From a virus (Duplodnaviria > Caudoviricetes): 44,879 nucleotides of DNA. The stretch lies in the IMG/VR virus record IMGVR_UViG_3300042879_003901, positions 1 through 44,879 of that record; one strand, 5' to 3'. The notes under the pieces were generated by a model that was given only the letters and a program-made list of their open reading frames with translations, searched no databases and had not been told where the DNA came from. A program made the position numbers and the translations under genes. Below, one piece after another: positions 42,596 through 44,879 of the stretch (its first letter is position 1; every line of letters begins with the position of its first letter).

Positions 42596-43726
42596 TCAGC
42601 CCCTTACCCCACCGATTATGCCGCCAGTTGCCGGAGCTGTCCGAACCACCGACGGGACCGTCAGATTGCGCAAGCTGTCGCTGTACCGCTGGCGCACCCA
42701 GTCCTGGTATGCCATCTGGCGCTTGGCGTTGTCGCTGGCCAGTTGCTGCTGCCCGGCGTACATCATCGCCCCCTGCAGCAGGCCGCCGCCGACCTTGGTC
42801 AGGCCGGGGTTCTCCTTGGTGAACTTGTCGAAGTCCTGACCGAACTTCTTCATCTTCGACCACCAATCGCCTGGGGCCGCAGATCCAGCCTGGCCGGGGA
42901 TGCTGTCCGGGCCGCGGCCGCTGTAGCCTCCGTCGTACGTGCCCTGTTGCAGGTCGTAGCGGGTGGCAGTCATCGGGCCCGAATCGGGCATGCTCGTGCC
43001 CATTCCTGGCGCGGCCTCGCCTGCGCCTACGAGGCTGGTGTTGGCGTCCATGAACCCCTGGCTGGGCGCCCGGAAGCCCGAACCATAGTCCGGAGTGTAC
43101 TGCTCCCAGCTGCCTGGTCGGAGGCGGTAATTGGCGGCACCAGACTCTCTGATAGCCGGCGCGGCCTCCGGCGCGCGCAGGCCCGGGCCGGCGTCGGCTA
43201 GCGCACCGGCCTCCCCTGGCCCATTGGGCGCCCACGGGCCGGCGTCGCCAGTCAGTGCTCCAGGGGCCGCCGCATCAGCGATCAGCCCGCCAGGCTGGCT
43301 GCCGGCCAGGGCACTAGAGCCAGCCTCGCTGGCAATGTTGGCCGCGGTGTCTGCCGCGGTGGTTGCCAGGTCCGCCCCTGCGCCCTGGACCACGTTGCCT
43401 CCGACGTTGGCCGTCGTGCTGGCCCCGGCCTCGGCCGCGGCCTGCGACGCGGCCTCAGCGGTGGCCGCCGCGCCCGCGGCCTCACCCGCCTTGGACACGA
43501 AGCTGCTTACGCCCCCGGCCAGGCCGAGCACGGAGCCGAGCGTCATCAGCTTCTTGTTGCCTGTGATCGCGCCGATGCCTGTCAGCGCACCACCGGCGAT
43601 CATCAGGCCACTGGTCAGCGTGAGCGCGCTCAGGCCCCCCGCTGCAATGGCGGCCATGCCGCCCGCGGCGGCCACGCCACCGGCGATTGAAAACGCGGCC
43701 CCTACGAGCGGTATTGCTGCAGGCAT
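42596..43726 (-). CDS. Putative ejection (pilot-like) protein
   Basis: Gly/Ala-rich hydrophobic N-terminus; follows a GNAT-like gene, as in podovirus internal-virion gene order. Confidence 0.7.
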   Translation of the reverse strand: MPAAIPLVGAAFSIAGGVAAAGGMAAIAAGGLSALTLTSGLMIAGGALTGIGAITGNKKLMTLGSVLGLAGGVSSFVSKAGEAAGAAATAEAASQAAAEAGASTTANVGGNVVQGAGADLATTAADTAANIASEAGSSALAGSQPGGLIADAAAPGALTGDAGPWAPNGPGEAGALADAGPGLRAPEAAPAIRESGAANYRLRPGSWEQYTPDYGSGFRAPSQGFMDANTSLVGAGEAAPGMGTSMPDSGPMTATRYDLQQGTYDGGYSGRGPDSIPGQAGSAAPGDWWSKMKKFGQDFDKFTKENPGLTKVGGGLLQGAMMYAGQQQLASDNAKRQMAYQDWVRQRYSDSLRNLTVPSVVRTAPATGGIIGGVRG

Positions 43727-44059
43727 TTACTTCTCCTTCTTCCCAAACGGCAGGGCCGTCAGCATGAAATAGTCATAGTCCTCGTCGGACCAGGTCTGCT
43801 CGAAACCAATCCTCTGCACGAACCGGCGGCTGGTGTCGTCTAGCAGAGGCACCTTCGTCGTCAGGAACCCGTACTGCTCGAACAGCGGGCGCAGGAACTC
43901 GCGAGTCACACCACGGTAGATCACCCGGTGGCGGTGTTCCGGGTGGACCTCGAAGTGGACCTCCGCGCCCGCGTGCATGAGCCTGGCCACGGCCCGGCCG
44001 GCCCTCACGTGGAGGACCTCAGACCAGCCAGGCTGTAGGGGCGCGAAGTCGTGGTGCAT
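43727..44059 (-). CDS. GNAT-like protein (T7 gp13 / P22 gp14 position)
   Basis: EVHFEVHPEHR...SRRFVQRIGF acetyltransferase-like motifs. Confidence 0.6.
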   Translation of the reverse strand: MHHDFAPLQPGWSEVLHVRAGRAVARLMHAGAEVHFEVHPEHRHRVIYRGVTREFLRPLFEQYGFLTTKVPLLDDTSRRFVQRIGFEQTWSDEDYDYFMLTALPFGKKEK

Positions 44060-44879
44060 TAGTACCCGGAGCTTTGCAGATCAGGGTTGAAATACTGGTT
44101 GTCGCTGATGACGCCGCCGGACGTGTTGCCGGACGTGTTGCCGGACGTGTTGCCGGACGTGTTGCCCCCGACCGTTGTCGTCGTGTTGCCGGCCCCGATG
44201 TTGCCAATCAGCTCAGTTACGCCGCCGATCTGAGAGATGCTGCTTTGAAGAGTCAGCGAGTCACGCAGCATTTGCGTGAGGTTGTTGACAGACTTCTGCA
44301 TCGCTTCGGCGGTCAGGTCCTTGTTGTTCATCAGCTGGGCGATGGACTGCATCGTCTGCGAGTACATCGTCGCGGCCGACTGGCTCGCCTGCATCTGGTT
44401 TTTGAACTGGGCCTCGATGCTGGCCAGGTTGGTCTTGATCTGCCCGTCCAGCTGGGTGAGCGCAGCCTTGTTCTGGGAGTCCGCGTTGGCCAGCGCAGTC
44501 TTGAACGCGGCGTCGTACTGCATCGCCGCCGACTGGAAGGCCTGGTTCTGGTTGGCCAGCCTGACCTGCTGGTCCATGCTGGCGTTCTGGCTGATCGCGT
44601 TGGCGACGATCCCCACCTGCTGGCTTTGCAAAGCGTTTGCTGCAGCCGCGTTCTGGCTCGAAGCGGCGTTCAGGGCTGCAGCTCCAAACTCAGCCGCCCT
44701 GCTAGACGCCGCCGCATTGGCGAGCGCCGTGTTGGTGTTCAAGTTCGCGTTAAGACGCGCCGCTTCGTTCGCGGCCGCTGCATTGGTGAGCTGGGCGGTG
44801 TTCCCAGCTGCAGCCCCAAACTCAGCCGCTCTGTTAGACGCCGCCGCGTTGGCGAGCGCCGTGTTGGTGTTCAAGTTCG
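44059..44879 (-). CDS. Ala/Asn/Gln-rich virion protein, partial (start outside the window)
   Basis: Open to the window edge; repeated NTNTALANAAASxRAAEFGAAA. Confidence 0.7.
   Translation of the reverse strand, partial: NLNTNTALANAAASNRAAEFGAAAGNTAQLTNAAAANEAARLNANLNTNTALANAAASSRAAEFGAAALNAASSQNAAAANALQSQQVGIVANAISQNASMDQQVRLANQNQAFQSAAMQYDAAFKTALANADSQNKAALTQLDGQIKTNLASIEAQFKNQMQASQSAATMYSQTMQSIAQLMNNKDLTAEAMQKSVNNLTQMLRDSLTLQSSISQIGGVTELIGNIGAGNTTTTVGGNTSGNTSGNTSGNTSGGVISDNQYFNPDLQSSGY
44116..44166. repeat. 12-bp tandem repeat GCCGGACGTGTT x4 (encodes GNTS)
   Basis: Read directly from the sequence. Confidence 0.9.

Noticed and set aside
44116-44166. Phase-variation tract
   Set aside because: The unit is 12 bp and in frame, so copy-number change alters only linker length.

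Overview
The whole window reads as part of a GC-rich temperate podovirus-like phage genome in its non-integrated form: phage genes lie on both sides of an attP-like site that carries a tRNA 3'-end remnant. From left to right: (1) a minus-strand packaging/structural block with a putative TerS, a TerL interrupted by a LAGLIDADG intein with class-3 (WCT) signature and Met at position 1, a portal and small virion genes; (2) a plus-strand early cassette array led by a SAM-lyase-like gene and including a DUF932-like gene; (3) minus-strand TraR/DksA, HNH, SNF2 helicase, VRR-NUC, an iteron-rich ori candidate and a primase-helicase; (4) an XRE repressor, then a plus-strand replication block (split DUF2800 nuclease, DUF2815 SSB, NUMOD4-HNH, family A polymerase, DUF5664-like dNTP diphosphohydrolase, excisionase); (5) tyrosine integrase and attP; (6) minus-strand ejection/internal virion genes, including a 2319-aa polyvalent protein and an LPD38-like protein separated by a ferritin gene. 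The most striking observation is in the 2319-aa protein. Its apparent domains (HExxH metallopeptidase, two ADP-ribosyltransferase-like domains, a SAM-lyase-like domain, an HhH glycosylase-like domain) are each delimited by a recurring heptapeptide [IVFA]-[KR]-x-S-[EDAG]-[KQ]-R. One delimited unit matches a free-standing early gene elsewhere in the genome, which suggests an injected, possibly self-processed anti-defence polyprotein. All family assignments come from motif recognition by eye; no database searches were run. Capsid and lysis genes were not recognised in this window.
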